From Pseudodesulfovibrio mercurii (GTDB lineage: Bacteria > Desulfobacterota > Desulfovibrionia > Desulfovibrionales > Desulfovibrionaceae): a DNA stretch of 32,000 nucleotides. The stretch's first letter is position 1, and the number at the start of each line of letters is the position of its first letter. Under the pieces are notes generated by a model that made no database searches, had not been told where the DNA came from, and saw only the letters and a program-made list of their open reading frames with translations. The stretch lies in assembly GCF_000189295.2 (NCBI RefSeq), contig NC_016803.1:3570001-3602000 (forward strand), in the 5' to 3' direction. The position numbers and the translations under genes were made by a program. This document shows positions 17,931 through 26,030 of this stretch, piece by piece.

Positions 17931-17948
17931 TGCCTTACCGCGTCGGGA

Positions 17949-19289
17949 TCAGCCGACGATCTTTTTCCATTCCTCGAAGAAGCCCGGGAATGATTTGCCG
18001 ACGCAGGCCGGATTGTCAAGGTTGACCTTGATTCCGGCCAGCTCGAACAGGGACATGGACATGGCCATGCGGTGGTCGTTGTAAGTGGTGAAGTTGACCT
18101 CGCTGTCGCGCGGTAGGGGAGCGGGCCGAATGATCAGCGAGTCCACGGTGGCCTCGGTTCCGCAGCCCACGCGGGCCAGCTCGTTCGCGCAGGCGGCCAG
18201 CCGGTCCGTCTCCTTGAGGCGCAGGTGGGCGACGTTGCCGATGGTCGTGGGCGTGGCGGCGAAGGCGGCCACGGCGGCCACGGTGGGCACCAGGTCCGGG
18301 CAGCGGCCCATGTTCACGTTGATGCCGCGCAGGGGGCCGGGCTCCACCAGGATGCCGTCGAAATTGACCTTGATGGACGCCCCCATCTGGCTGAGGATGT
18401 CCATGATCGCCCGGTCGCCCTGGAGGGAGTCGGCGGCCAGCCCCTTGAGGAGCACCGGCCGCGTGCCCACGGCCCCGGCGGCCAGGAAATAACTGGCGTT
18501 GGACCAGTCGCCCTCCACCTGGTAGCCGGTGTTCTCGTAGCCCATGGGCTGGACGATGAACCGGACCTTGCCCGGCTTGACGCCCTTGACCGAGCGCCAG
18601 GGCACCGCCTTCCACTCCCTGCCGTCGAGGATCTCCACGGCGAACCCGGCCTTGAAGTCCTCCATGATGCGCAGGGTCAGGGCCACGTAGGGCCAGGACA
18701 CGGCCTTCTCGCCGATGACCGAGATGGTCGTCTCGTGGTCGGCCAGGGGCGCGCCCAGGAGCAGGCCGGACAGGTACTGGCTGCTCTCTTCCAGGGTGAT
18801 CTCCACGCTTTTTTTCTTGTAGCCGTTCGCGGTCATGACGAAGGGCAGGTAGCCCTCCTGTCCCTCGAAGGCGAACTTCGCGCCAAGGGCGGCCAGGGCG
18901 GTGGTCAGCTCGGCCATGGGGCGCTCGTGCATGCGCGGCGCGCCGTGGACCCGGAAGGTGCCCTTGCCCGCGGCGGCCACGGCGGTCATCAGCCGGCAGG
19001 TGGTCCCGGACTCGTGCATGAACAGCTCGTGCGGAGTCTCGTCCTTGTGCTTGCCGTCCGCGTTGCCCCCCTTTGGCCCGTCCGACATGCCCGTGACCAC
19101 GAGCACGCCGTCCTTTTCCACGATGGACGCGCCGCAGGCGGTCAGGCAGTCGCGGGTCCGGGTGATGTCGTCGGACTCGAGGACCGAGGAGATGTTGGAC
19201 ACCCCCCCGGCCAGGGCCGCCGCGATCAGGGTGCGGTGGGACAGTGACTTGCTGGCCGGTGCGTTGACGATGATCGGATTCTTGCTCAT
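17949..19289 (-). CDS. aroA: 3-phosphoshikimate 1-carboxyvinyltransferase (EPSP synthase)
   Basis: Only the C-terminal 446 codons of the 1089-aa track ORF are EPSPS-like: PASKSLSHRTLIAAALA, ESGTTCRLM, GDWSNASYFLAAGA, LRLKETDRL, NDHRMAMS. The ATG at 19289 overlaps the pheA stop (ATGA). Confidence 0.94.
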   Translation of the reverse strand: MSKNPIIVNAPASKSLSHRTLIAAALAGGVSNISSVLESDDITRTRDCLTACGASIVEKDGVLVVTGMSDGPKGGNADGKHKDETPHELFMHESGTTCRLMTAVAAAGKGTFRVHGAPRMHERPMAELTTALAALGAKFAFEGQEGYLPFVMTANGYKKKSVEITLEESSQYLSGLLLGAPLADHETTISVIGEKAVSWPYVALTLRIMEDFKAGFAVEILDGREWKAVPWRSVKGVKPGKVRFIVQPMGYENTGYQVEGDWSNASYFLAAGAVGTRPVLLKGLAADSLQGDRAIMDILSQMGASIKVNFDGILVEPGPLRGINVNMGRCPDLVPTVAAVAAFAATPTTIGNVAHLRLKETDRLAACANELARVGCGTEATVDSLIIRPAPLPRDSEVNFTTYNDHRMAMSMSLFELAGIKVNLDNPACVGKSFPGFFEEWKKIVG

Positions 19290-20392
19290 TGCAGTTCCTC
19301 CTGGGTGGGGTAGGTGCCCAGCACGCGCAGCGTAAGGCATTGGTGGCGGATGTCTTCCAGCACGTCCTCGTACCGGCCGCCGCCCAGGTCGCAGGCCAGG
19401 TCGGCGAAAAAGACGTATTTCCATTTCTCGCCCCGGAAGGGACGGGATTCGAGCTTGGTCACGTTGATGCCCTGGTGGGCCAGGGTGGTCAGCACCCGGG
19501 CCAGGGCACCCGGCCGGTTGGGCGTGGTGAACAGGATGGAGGTTTTGTCGCGCTTGTCCTCCTGGGACGGGGCCGCGCCGATGACGACGAAGCGGGTCCA
19601 GTTGTCCGGCAGGTCCTCGATGGATTCGGCCAGCACGTTCATGCCGTGCATGTCCGCGAGCTTGCGGTGGCCGATGACCGCGGCGGCCTTCTTGCCCGCG
19701 ACCACCTCGGCGGCCTCGGCCGTGGACTCCATGGGGATGGTCGGCACGTCGCGCAGGTGGGCGTGCAGCCATTCGCGGCACTGGCCCAGCGGCTGCGGGT
19801 GGGAGTAGATGACCTCCACGTCGTCCACCTTGTCGGCGTGGGAGATGAGGCAGTGGCTGATGCGGCTGAAGACCTCGGCCTGGATGTAGACCTTGTACTT
19901 CATGAACAGGTCCACCACCTGGCCCACGGTGCCCTCGATGGAGTTCTCCAGCGGGATGACCCCCAGTTCGGCCCCTTCCTCGGCCACGGCCCGGAATATC
20001 TCCTCGAAGTTGGACTTGGGCGTCAGCGAGGCGGACGAGCCCATGTGCTCGATGGCCGCGAAATAGGAGAAGGTGCCCTCGGGGCCGAGGTAGACCACCC
20101 GCTCGGGCCGCTGCAGGTGGCGCGACGAGCTCATGATCTCGCGGTAGATGGTCCGCAGGTGCTTGTCCGGCAGGGGGCCGGGCGAGGAGTCGGCGATCTT
20201 GTCCATGACCTCCTGCTCGCGGAAGGGCTTGTAGATGGCCTCGCCCGTGGCGGCCTTGTAACGGCCCACGCTCAAGGACAGCTCGGCCCGTTTGTTGAGC
20301 AGGTCCACGATCTGCTTGTCCAGGACGTCTATGGAATCGCGCAGTTCCCCGAGATCGGGGATGTCGGTCTGGTCTTTGGTCTGGTCGGCCAT
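19286..20392 (-). CDS. pheA: Bifunctional chorismate mutase / prephenate dehydratase (P-protein) with ACT domain
   Basis: CM region LGELRDSIDVLDKQIVDLLNKRAELS. PDT region VVYLGPEGTFSY...IPLENSIEGTV...TRF. ACT region TSILFTTPNRPGALARVL...ESRP. Start chosen at ATG 20392 (MADQTKD) with GGAGAG upstream; ATG 20434 is an alternative. Confidence 0.92.
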   Translation of the reverse strand: MADQTKDQTDIPDLGELRDSIDVLDKQIVDLLNKRAELSLSVGRYKAATGEAIYKPFREQEVMDKIADSSPGPLPDKHLRTIYREIMSSSRHLQRPERVVYLGPEGTFSYFAAIEHMGSSASLTPKSNFEEIFRAVAEEGAELGVIPLENSIEGTVGQVVDLFMKYKVYIQAEVFSRISHCLISHADKVDDVEVIYSHPQPLGQCREWLHAHLRDVPTIPMESTAEAAEVVAGKKAAAVIGHRKLADMHGMNVLAESIEDLPDNWTRFVVIGAAPSQEDKRDKTSILFTTPNRPGALARVLTTLAHQGINVTKLESRPFRGEKWKYVFFADLACDLGGGRYEDVLEDIRHQCLTLRVLGTYPTQEELQ

Positions 20393-20477
20393 GGTCTCTC
20401 CAGGTTTGCCTCCGGCTGCCGGGGCGCCGTTCACTCGTATTCCTACTGTCTTGCTTCATTGCCCGCATTTTCTCAAC

Positions 20478-20530
20478 CCCCGCCGCGCGGAAGCGGCGGG
20501 AACGTCGAGGCGGGGGAAGGAGATGGGGGG
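20478..20530 (-). repeat. Partial copy (G) of the intergenic repeat family inside the operon, directly after the aroB' stop
   Basis: CCCGCCGC-GCGGAA-GCGGCGGG hairpin resembling module 1 (CCGCGAAGCGGCG). GGGGGAAGGAGATGGGGGG resembles GGAAGGGAGAGGGGATGGGGGG of copy A and abuts the stop codon at 20531. Confidence 0.5.
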
Positions 20531-21514
20531 CTAGCCCTCCTTGATCTCCTCCTTGATGCGCATGCCGAAGTGGCGTCCGGCCTGGTCGGTGCGCACCAGG
20601 ATCTTGTCGCCGACCTTGAGGGTGACCACGGACACGGGGTCGCCCTTGTCCGAGACCACGCGGATGGTTTCGGCGTTCTGCAGGAAGACCTGGCCGGTCT
20701 TGACGCCGGAATCGGTCTTGACCTCGGCGGTGAGGAGCAGCATGGGCCGGACCTCGACCTTGACCCGGCCCACGGTGGCCAGGGAGGTGGACCCGTCCGC
20801 GCCGACGATGAGCACGTCCGTGCCAGCGGCCAGCTCTTCGAGATAGGTGGTCTTGTCGCCCGGCATCTGGGTGTAGGCGTGGACCGCGCCCGCGTTGACC
20901 CGGAAGGGGCGGGCGGCCACGTAGGGGTTGGACTCGGTCTCGGCGTGGACCAGGAAGGAAAAGGCGCTGGAGTTGCCGACGAGCATGCCCTGGCCGCGTT
21001 TGAGCATGGAGATGGTGTCCACGCAGACGCGGTGGCCCAGTCCGGTGGGTTCGATGGCCGTGACGGTGGCGGTCTGAAGTTCCATGGTTCCCTGGGAGAG
21101 TTTGAGTTCGGCGACGATCCGCTTCAGGTCGGCGGCCCCTTCGGGCAGGACCACGATGGTGTCGCAGCCGCGTTCGAGGATGCCCGCGGCCAGGACCGCG
21201 CGGTCCAGGGATTCGCATTCCAGGGCCAGGCGGTCCACCTGGGCCAGGATGTTCTCCACCGGGATGATCTCCCAGCCTTTCTTAAGGACCACGTCCTTGC
21301 CCGCCTGGATCGCCTTGACGGCCACGTCCTCGTCGGCCTTCTTGGTCAGCTCGACCACGGGCATGTCCTCGGGGGTGATGACGGTCACGCGGCCCAGGGC
21401 CCTGACGTCCGCGGCCCGGTCCTTTTCGACCATGACGGCGTCCACGCCGGATTCCAGGGCCAGGGTGATCAGGTTCTTGTCGAAGGGTACGGATTTGAAG
21501 ATGACTTTTTTCAT
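20531..21514 (-). CDS. aroB': 3-dehydroquinate synthase II (archaeal-type, AroB')
   Basis: 327 aa, no similarity to the bacterial AroB motif set. The N-terminal KKVIFKSVPFDKNLITLALESGVDAVMV and overall layout match my recollection of the DHQS-II family. It directly follows the AroA' aldolase-family gene. Confidence 0.8.
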   Translation of the reverse strand: MKKVIFKSVPFDKNLITLALESGVDAVMVEKDRAADVRALGRVTVITPEDMPVVELTKKADEDVAVKAIQAGKDVVLKKGWEIIPVENILAQVDRLALECESLDRAVLAAGILERGCDTIVVLPEGAADLKRIVAELKLSQGTMELQTATVTAIEPTGLGHRVCVDTISMLKRGQGMLVGNSSAFSFLVHAETESNPYVAARPFRVNAGAVHAYTQMPGDKTTYLEELAAGTDVLIVGADGSTSLATVGRVKVEVRPMLLLTAEVKTDSGVKTGQVFLQNAETIRVVSDKGDPVSVVTLKVGDKILVRTDQAGRHFGMRIKEEIKEG

Positions 21515-21524
21515 GACGGCTTCG

Positions 21525-22322
21525 CTAGGCGTTGAGGTGTTTGAGGGCGGCCTCGACGGATTCGTCGCCGTGGACGATCATGTTCAGGGCCTCCACCAGG
21601 CGGGTGGGATTCTCGTGCTGGAAGACGTTGCGGCCCACGGACAATCCCGCGCCGCCCGCCTCCAGGGAGTCATGGACCATCTGAAGGAATGCCTCGGTGC
21701 TGTCAAGCTTGGGGCCGCCCGCGATGACCACGGGGATGCAGCAGGCGTCGCACACGCGGGCGAAGGTCTCCTTGTCGCCGGTGTAGTTGACCTTGACCAC
21801 GTCCGCGCCGAGCTCGGTGCCGACCCGGGCGCAGTGGGCCACGACGGCGGGATCGTATTCGTTCTTCACCTTGGGGCCGCGGGCGTAGACCATGGCCAGG
21901 AGCGGGATGCCCCAGTTGGCGGCCTCGGAGGACATCCGGCCGAAATCGCCGAGCATGGCGGCCTCGGTCTCGTCGCCGAGGTTGCAGTGGATGGACACGG
22001 CGTCCGCGCCCAGGCGGATGGCGTCCTCCACCGAGGCGACCAGGGATTTGGCGTTGGGGAAGGGGGACAGGGAGGTGGAGGCGGACAGGTGGACGATGAG
22101 CCCGATGTCCTTGCCCTGGGCGCGGTGGCCGCAGCGGACCAGCCCCTTGTGTTCGATGACGGCGTTGGCCCCGCCGTCCACGACCCGGCCCACGGCCTCG
22201 CGCATGTCGACAAGCCCGTCGATGGGGCCCACGGTCACGCCGTGGTCCATGGGGACGATGATGGTCCGGCCGGTGTTGCGGTTGAAGATGCGCTCCAGCC
22301 GGATGGCTTTACCGATGTGCAT
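21525..22322 (-). CDS. aroA': 2-amino-3,7-dideoxy-D-threo-hept-6-ulosonate (ADH) synthase, class I aldolase (DhnA/FbaB) family (AroA')
   Basis: [18 protein letters not shown], the VKVNY Schiff-base lysine context, [18 protein letters not shown]. Start set to ATG 22322 ([13 protein letters not shown]), preceded by AAGGAGAG. Confidence 0.82.
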   Translation of the reverse strand: MHIGKAIRLERIFNRNTGRTIIVPMDHGVTVGPIDGLVDMREAVGRVVDGGANAVIEHKGLVRCGHRAQGKDIGLIVHLSASTSLSPFPNAKSLVASVEDAIRLGADAVSIHCNLGDETEAAMLGDFGRMSSEAANWGIPLLAMVYARGPKVKNEYDPAVVAHCARVGTELGADVVKVNYTGDKETFARVCDACCIPVVIAGGPKLDSTEAFLQMVHDSLEAGGAGLSVGRNVFQHENPTRLVEALNMIVHGDESVEAALKHLNA

Positions 22323-22380
22323 GGTTCTCTCTCCTTTTGCGGTTGTTGCCCTCAAGGAGCGGCGGGTCCGGCGGCCGATG

Positions 22381-22418
22381 AAAAAAACAAGGGCCGCCGG
22401 CTTTCGCCCGCGGCCCTT
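22381..22418 (-). terminator. Intrinsic terminator in the 5' leader of the aro-trp supraoperon (candidate attenuator)
   Basis: Minus strand: AAGGGCCGCGGGC-GAAA-GCCGGCGGCCCUU (12 of 13 pairs, GNRA loop), then G + UUUUUUU. Lies 58 nt upstream of the aroA' ATG. Confidence 0.8.
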
Positions 22419-22456
22419 GAAGAAGTTCTTTTTCGCTTGTGTGATCCACCAACAGG

Positions 22457-22552
22457 TTACACAGCACCTCTTCCAAGCCCGCGGGCATGGCTAAACCAAT
22501 ACCAAAAATAAAAGTTGGAAAAGTATGCGTTGGAAACGGTGGTGGAGTTCAT
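22457..22552 (-). CDS. Candidate 31-aa leader peptide [31 protein letters not shown] (aromatic-rich)
   Basis: Hand translation of the minus strand. ATG at 22552-22550, TAA at 22459-22457. Residues 10-20 are 9/11 aromatic (4 Phe, 3 Tyr, 2 Trp). All 4 Phe codons are TTT and 2 of 3 Tyr codons are TAT, unlike the TTC/TAC seen in flanking genes. No clear SD. Confidence 0.6.
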   Translation of the reverse strand: MNSTTVSNAYFSNFYFWYWFSHARGLGRGAV

Positions 22553-22810
22553 GGCCAATAGAGCTACACGGTTGCGGCCGTGGTGTCAACAAAAACTTTT
22601 TTCACGATTTCAAGGAGATAGCGTGAATCGCATGATTAATTTGCGACCGGCGGTCATTTTTAGGGTGTTTTGACAATTTTTTACATATTGACAATTTTGG
22701 GGTAATTTTCACCCTGCAAAAATGTACTTTATCACAAAAATGAAAAAATGTGACCATCTGAAACCGCCTGCGAGCGGCGATTTTACGTGAATAGCAATGA
22801 AAACCGTGAT

Positions 22811-22826
22811 TGGCACGACTCTTGAT
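22811..22826 (+). promoter_or_regulatory. Sigma54-type (-24/-12) promoter candidate for amtB-glnK
   Basis: TGGCAC-GACTC-TTGAT versus consensus TGGCAC-N5-TTGCW. Only the -12 C is off. Ends 50 nt upstream of the amtB ATG. Nitrogen genes are classical sigma54 targets. Confidence 0.5.
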
Positions 22827-22875
22827 AGAGGGAGGGCAGGTTAGAAACGCATTCCATTCAAAGAGGAGTATTGCA

Positions 22876-24210
22876 ATGTTTTCGAGAAAGTCCCCGACCC
22901 ATGTTTCCAAGAGGCTCGCCATAGGCGTGGCCGCTTTGGCAGCAGTCCTGGCCCCCACCTTCGCCCACGCCCAGGAAGTGGAGGTCCTCACCCAGTCCAA
23001 CGCCAACATTCTGTGGACGTTGATCGCCGCCGCCCTGGTCATGCTCATGCAGGCCGGCTTCGCCTGCGTCGAGTGCGGCTTCACCCGCGCCAAAAACGCC
23101 GGCAACATCATGATGAAGAACTTCCTGGACTACGCCGCCGGTTCCATCATCTTCTTCCTGTTCGGCTACGCCATCATGTTCGGCGCCGACGCCGGCGGCT
23201 TCATCGGCACCTCCGGCTACGCCCTGGCCGGCATCACCGAGGCCGACCTGCCCTGGACCTACACCTTCTGGTTCTTCCAGTCCGTGTTCGCCGCCACCGC
23301 CGCCACCATCGTCTCCGGCGGCATGGCCGAGCGCACCAAGTTCGGCACCTACGTCATCATTTCCATGGTCATCTCCGGCGTGATCTACCCCATCTCCGGC
23401 CACTGGGTCTGGGGCGGCGGCTGGCTGGCCAACCTCGGCTTCTGCGACTTCGCCGGTTCCTCCGTGGTCCACTCCGTGGGCGGCTGGATCGCCCTGGCCG
23501 GCGCCCTGGTGCTCGGCCCGCGCATCGGCAAGTACTCCGAGGACGGCAAGGCGCGCGCCATTCCGGGCCACAACATCCCGCTGGCCGGTCTGGGCGTCTT
23601 CCTCCTGTGGTTCGGCTGGTTCGGATTCAACCCCGGCTCCACCGTCGAGGCCAATGACGCCATCGGCCTGATCGCCATGAACACCACCCTGGCCGCCTGC
23701 GGCGGTACGCTCGCCGCCATGGTCTTCGCCTGGTTCCGCTTCGGCAAGCCCGACATCTCCATGTCCATGAACGGCGCCCTGGCCGGCCTGGTCGGCATCA
23801 CCGCCCCCTGCGCCACCGTCACCCCCGGCGCGTCCATCGTCATCGGCCTGATCGCCGGTGTCCTGGTGGTCCTGTCCATCGAGTTCATCGACAAGGTCCT
23901 CAAGATCGACGATCCGGTCGGCGCCTCCTCGGTCCACGGCGTTTGCGGCGCCTGGGGCACCATCGCCGCCGGTCTGTTCAACGTTGACGGCGGCCTGTTC
24001 TACGGCGGCGGCGTCCACCTCCTGGGTGTGCAGCTGCTCGGCGTCGGCGCCATCTTCATCTGGGCCTTCGGCTGCGGCTTCATCCTGATGAACGTCCTCA
24101 AGGGTGTCGTCGGCCTCCGCGCCTCCAAGGAAGAGGAGCTCAAGGGTCTGGACATCGGCGAGCACGGCTCCGAGGCCTACAACGGCTTCCAGCTCTTCAG
24201 CAACGAGTAG
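22876..24210 (+). CDS. amtB: Ammonium transporter (Amt family) with cleavable signal peptide
   Basis: Signal-like N-terminus ...AALAAVLAPTFAHAQE. Amt motifs: LMQAGFACVECG, DFAGSSVVH, GWFGFNPGS, VHGVCGAWGTI. GAGGAG lies 7 nt upstream of the ATG at 22876. Confidence 0.95.
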   Translation: MFSRKSPTHVSKRLAIGVAALAAVLAPTFAHAQEVEVLTQSNANILWTLIAAALVMLMQAGFACVECGFTRAKNAGNIMMKNFLDYAAGSIIFFLFGYAIMFGADAGGFIGTSGYALAGITEADLPWTYTFWFFQSVFAATAATIVSGGMAERTKFGTYVIISMVISGVIYPISGHWVWGGGWLANLGFCDFAGSSVVHSVGGWIALAGALVLGPRIGKYSEDGKARAIPGHNIPLAGLGVFLLWFGWFGFNPGSTVEANDAIGLIAMNTTLAACGGTLAAMVFAWFRFGKPDISMSMNGALAGLVGITAPCATVTPGASIVIGLIAGVLVVLSIEFIDKVLKIDDPVGASSVHGVCGAWGTIAAGLFNVDGGLFYGGGVHLLGVQLLGVGAIFIWAFGCGFILMNVLKGVVGLRASKEEELKGLDIGEHGSEAYNGFQLFSNE

Positions 24211-24256
24211 TCGACGCGTCGAAGTAACCAGAGATCATTCTTAAGGAGAATATACA

Positions 24257-24589
24257 ATGAAGCTCATCATAGCATACATCAGGCCCGAAAAGCTGAACGA
24301 CGTGAAGCAGGCACTTTACGCCAAGGAGATCTACTCCCTGTCCGTGACCAACATCCTGGGCTCGGGCCGCCAGAAGGGATTCACCGAAACCTACCGCGGC
24401 GTGCAGATGGAAGTGAACCTGCTCAAGAAGGTCCGCCTCGAGATCGGCGTCAACGACGACTTCGAACAGAAGGCCATCGACGCCATCCTGTCCTCCGGCC
24501 AGACCGGAAGCGAAGGCGACGGCGTGATCTTCGTCACCGAACTGACCAAGGCCCTGCGCATCAGGACCGGTGAGGACGGCATCCTCTAG
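24257..24589 (+). CDS. glnK: P-II nitrogen regulatory protein (GlnK-type by linkage to amtB)
   Basis: 110 aa. [14 protein letters not shown]-loop [12 protein letters not shown] with the modifiable Tyr, and GDGVIFV at the C-terminal part. Confidence 0.93.
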   Translation: MKLIIAYIRPEKLNDVKQALYAKEIYSLSVTNILGSGRQKGFTETYRGVQMEVNLLKKVRLEIGVNDDFEQKAIDAILSSGQTGSEGDGVIFVTELTKALRIRTGEDGIL

Positions 24590-24613
24590 GATGGATTGCG
24601 ACTGCATAGGAGC

Positions 24614-24641
24614 GCCGGGGCGGCGGGATCGCCGCCCCGGC
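24614..24641 (+). terminator. Perfect 12-bp GC hairpin after glnK (no U-tract)
   Basis: GCCGGGGCGGCG-GGAT-CGCCGCCCCGGC. No T run follows, so it may be a partial terminator or an mRNA 3' stabiliser. Confidence 0.4.
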
Positions 24642-24703
24642 CCCATGCGACGGATTCGGGCACTGGGTGGATAAACGTAACGGCCGACTGGCAAGGTATT
24701 TCA

Positions 24704-25948
24704 GTGTTGACCGCAGTGCCCGACATACAGAAGATCATTGAAAACCGTTCGTTGATCACGCACTTCCAGCCCCAGGTATCGCTCAAGCGGAAAGCGGTCG
24801 TCGGACTGGAGGCGCTGAGCAGGGGGTTCGACCCCCAAAGCGGAGAAATCATACCTCCAACCCTGCTGTTCGAGCAGGCCCGGGACAGGGCATCCCGGCT
24901 CGCACTGGACCGGGCCTGCCGAACAAATGCAGCGGAATCCTTCGCCGCCCTGCACAGAAAAGACAAGAGCCTGATGCTCTCCATGAACATCGACGCCTCT
25001 TGCATCAACGAGGAAACGCGCGGCTCCTGCCACGTCCTCAACCTGGTCACCCGCTGCGGCATCAGCCCGAGCAACGTGATCATCGAGATCATAGAATCCC
25101 GGTGCGAGGACATGGACGCCCTCATGGCCTTCGTCCAGTTCTATCGCGAGAACGACTTCCTCATCGCCCTGGACGACGTGGGCGCGGGCTTCTCCAACCT
25201 CGACCGCATCCCCCTGCTCAAGCCCGACGTCATCAAGCTGGACCGCACGCTCATCAACGGCGTGGACCGCCACTTCCACAAGCTCGAGGTGGTCCGCAGC
25301 TTCGTCCAGATGTCCAACCGGCTGGGCTGCCTGGTCCTGGCCGAGGGCGTGGAGACCGCCGAGGAGGCCATGTGCCTGCTCAGCAACGGGGTGGACGTGT
25401 TCCAGGGGTTCTATTTCGCCCGGCCCGCGCCCGGACTCGACGCCGTGCCCGGCATGGCGGGCAAGGTGGACGCCCTGGCCGAACGCCACCGGGCCAACCG
25501 CACCCAGCAGATCGCCGACGACAAGCGGCTCTATTCCAGCTACGACCTGACCGTGTTGACCATGTGCCAGGAGCTGGCCGAGACCCTGGCCAAGGACATG
25601 GGCCAGGTCCTTTCCAATTTCGTCGATACCTACGACGGCGTGGAGTGCCTCTACGTCCTGGACATGCGCGGCAACCAGATCACCGACACGGTCTGCGACC
25701 CGACGCGCCTCAAGACCTGCAAGCGGTTCCTGTACGAACCCGCCAGCGTGGGCGCGGACCACTCCCTCAAGGAATATTTCCTGCCCATCCAGGCCGGGCT
25801 CGAGAAGTTCACCACCCGGCCGTACATTTCGCTCGCCTCGGGCAACCTGTGCATCACCATTTCCCACGTCTTTTACCATAAGAGCAGCGGCCGTCATCGC
25901 ATTCTGTGCGTGGACATGATCCGGGCCGAAGAGGGAGGCCCCCGATAG
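24704..25948 (+). CDS. EAL-domain c-di-GMP phosphodiesterase with C-terminal Cache/PAS-like (PDC-fold) module, no TM segments
   Basis: EAL residues are intact: EALSR, MNID, EIIES, DDVGAGFS, IKLD, AEGVET, QGFYF. The C-terminal ~190 aa show a Cache-like pattern: LYVLDMRGNQITD...DHSLKEYF...TRPYISLASGNLCITISHVF...ILCVD. The start is uncertain. There is no in-frame ATG before the domain, so GTG 24704 (AAGG 8 nt upstream) was chosen. The track start at 24596 is TTG. Confidence 0.8.
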   Translation: MLTAVPDIQKIIENRSLITHFQPQVSLKRKAVVGLEALSRGFDPQSGEIIPPTLLFEQARDRASRLALDRACRTNAAESFAALHRKDKSLMLSMNIDASCINEETRGSCHVLNLVTRCGISPSNVIIEIIESRCEDMDALMAFVQFYRENDFLIALDDVGAGFSNLDRIPLLKPDVIKLDRTLINGVDRHFHKLEVVRSFVQMSNRLGCLVLAEGVETAEEAMCLLSNGVDVFQGFYFARPAPGLDAVPGMAGKVDALAERHRANRTQQIADDKRLYSSYDLTVLTMCQELAETLAKDMGQVLSNFVDTYDGVECLYVLDMRGNQITDTVCDPTRLKTCKRFLYEPASVGADHSLKEYFLPIQAGLEKFTTRPYISLASGNLCITISHVFYHKSSGRHRILCVDMIRAEEGGPR

Positions 25949-25971
25949 GGTTGGCCGCACGCTCAAAAGGG

Positions 25972-26007
25972 AACCGCCCGGTTCGGCATATGCCGGACCG
26001 GGCGGTT
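25972..26007. terminator. Bidirectional intrinsic terminator between convergent EAL gene and metK
   Basis: AACCGCCCGGTTCGGCAT/ATGCCGGACCGGGCGGTT (17 of 18 pairs). TTTGTTTT follows on the plus strand and CCCTTTTG on the minus strand. Confidence 0.75.
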
Positions 26008-26030
26008 TGTTTTCGGAACGGGGCGCGGAA

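Noticed and set aside
17949-21218. 1089-aa minus-strand ORF suggesting a giant fusion protein
   Set aside because: Only the last 446 codons are EPSP synthase. The upstream 640 codons are R/G/P/H-rich and run out of frame across pheA and aroB', which have their own convincing frames. aroA starts at ATG 19289, overlapping the pheA stop.
22602-23111. 169-aa minus-strand ORF across the AT-rich intergenic region
   Set aside because: Its 3' half is the AT-rich regulatory spacer, and its 5' half is antisense to the amtB signal peptide region. It has no SD and no homology signal.
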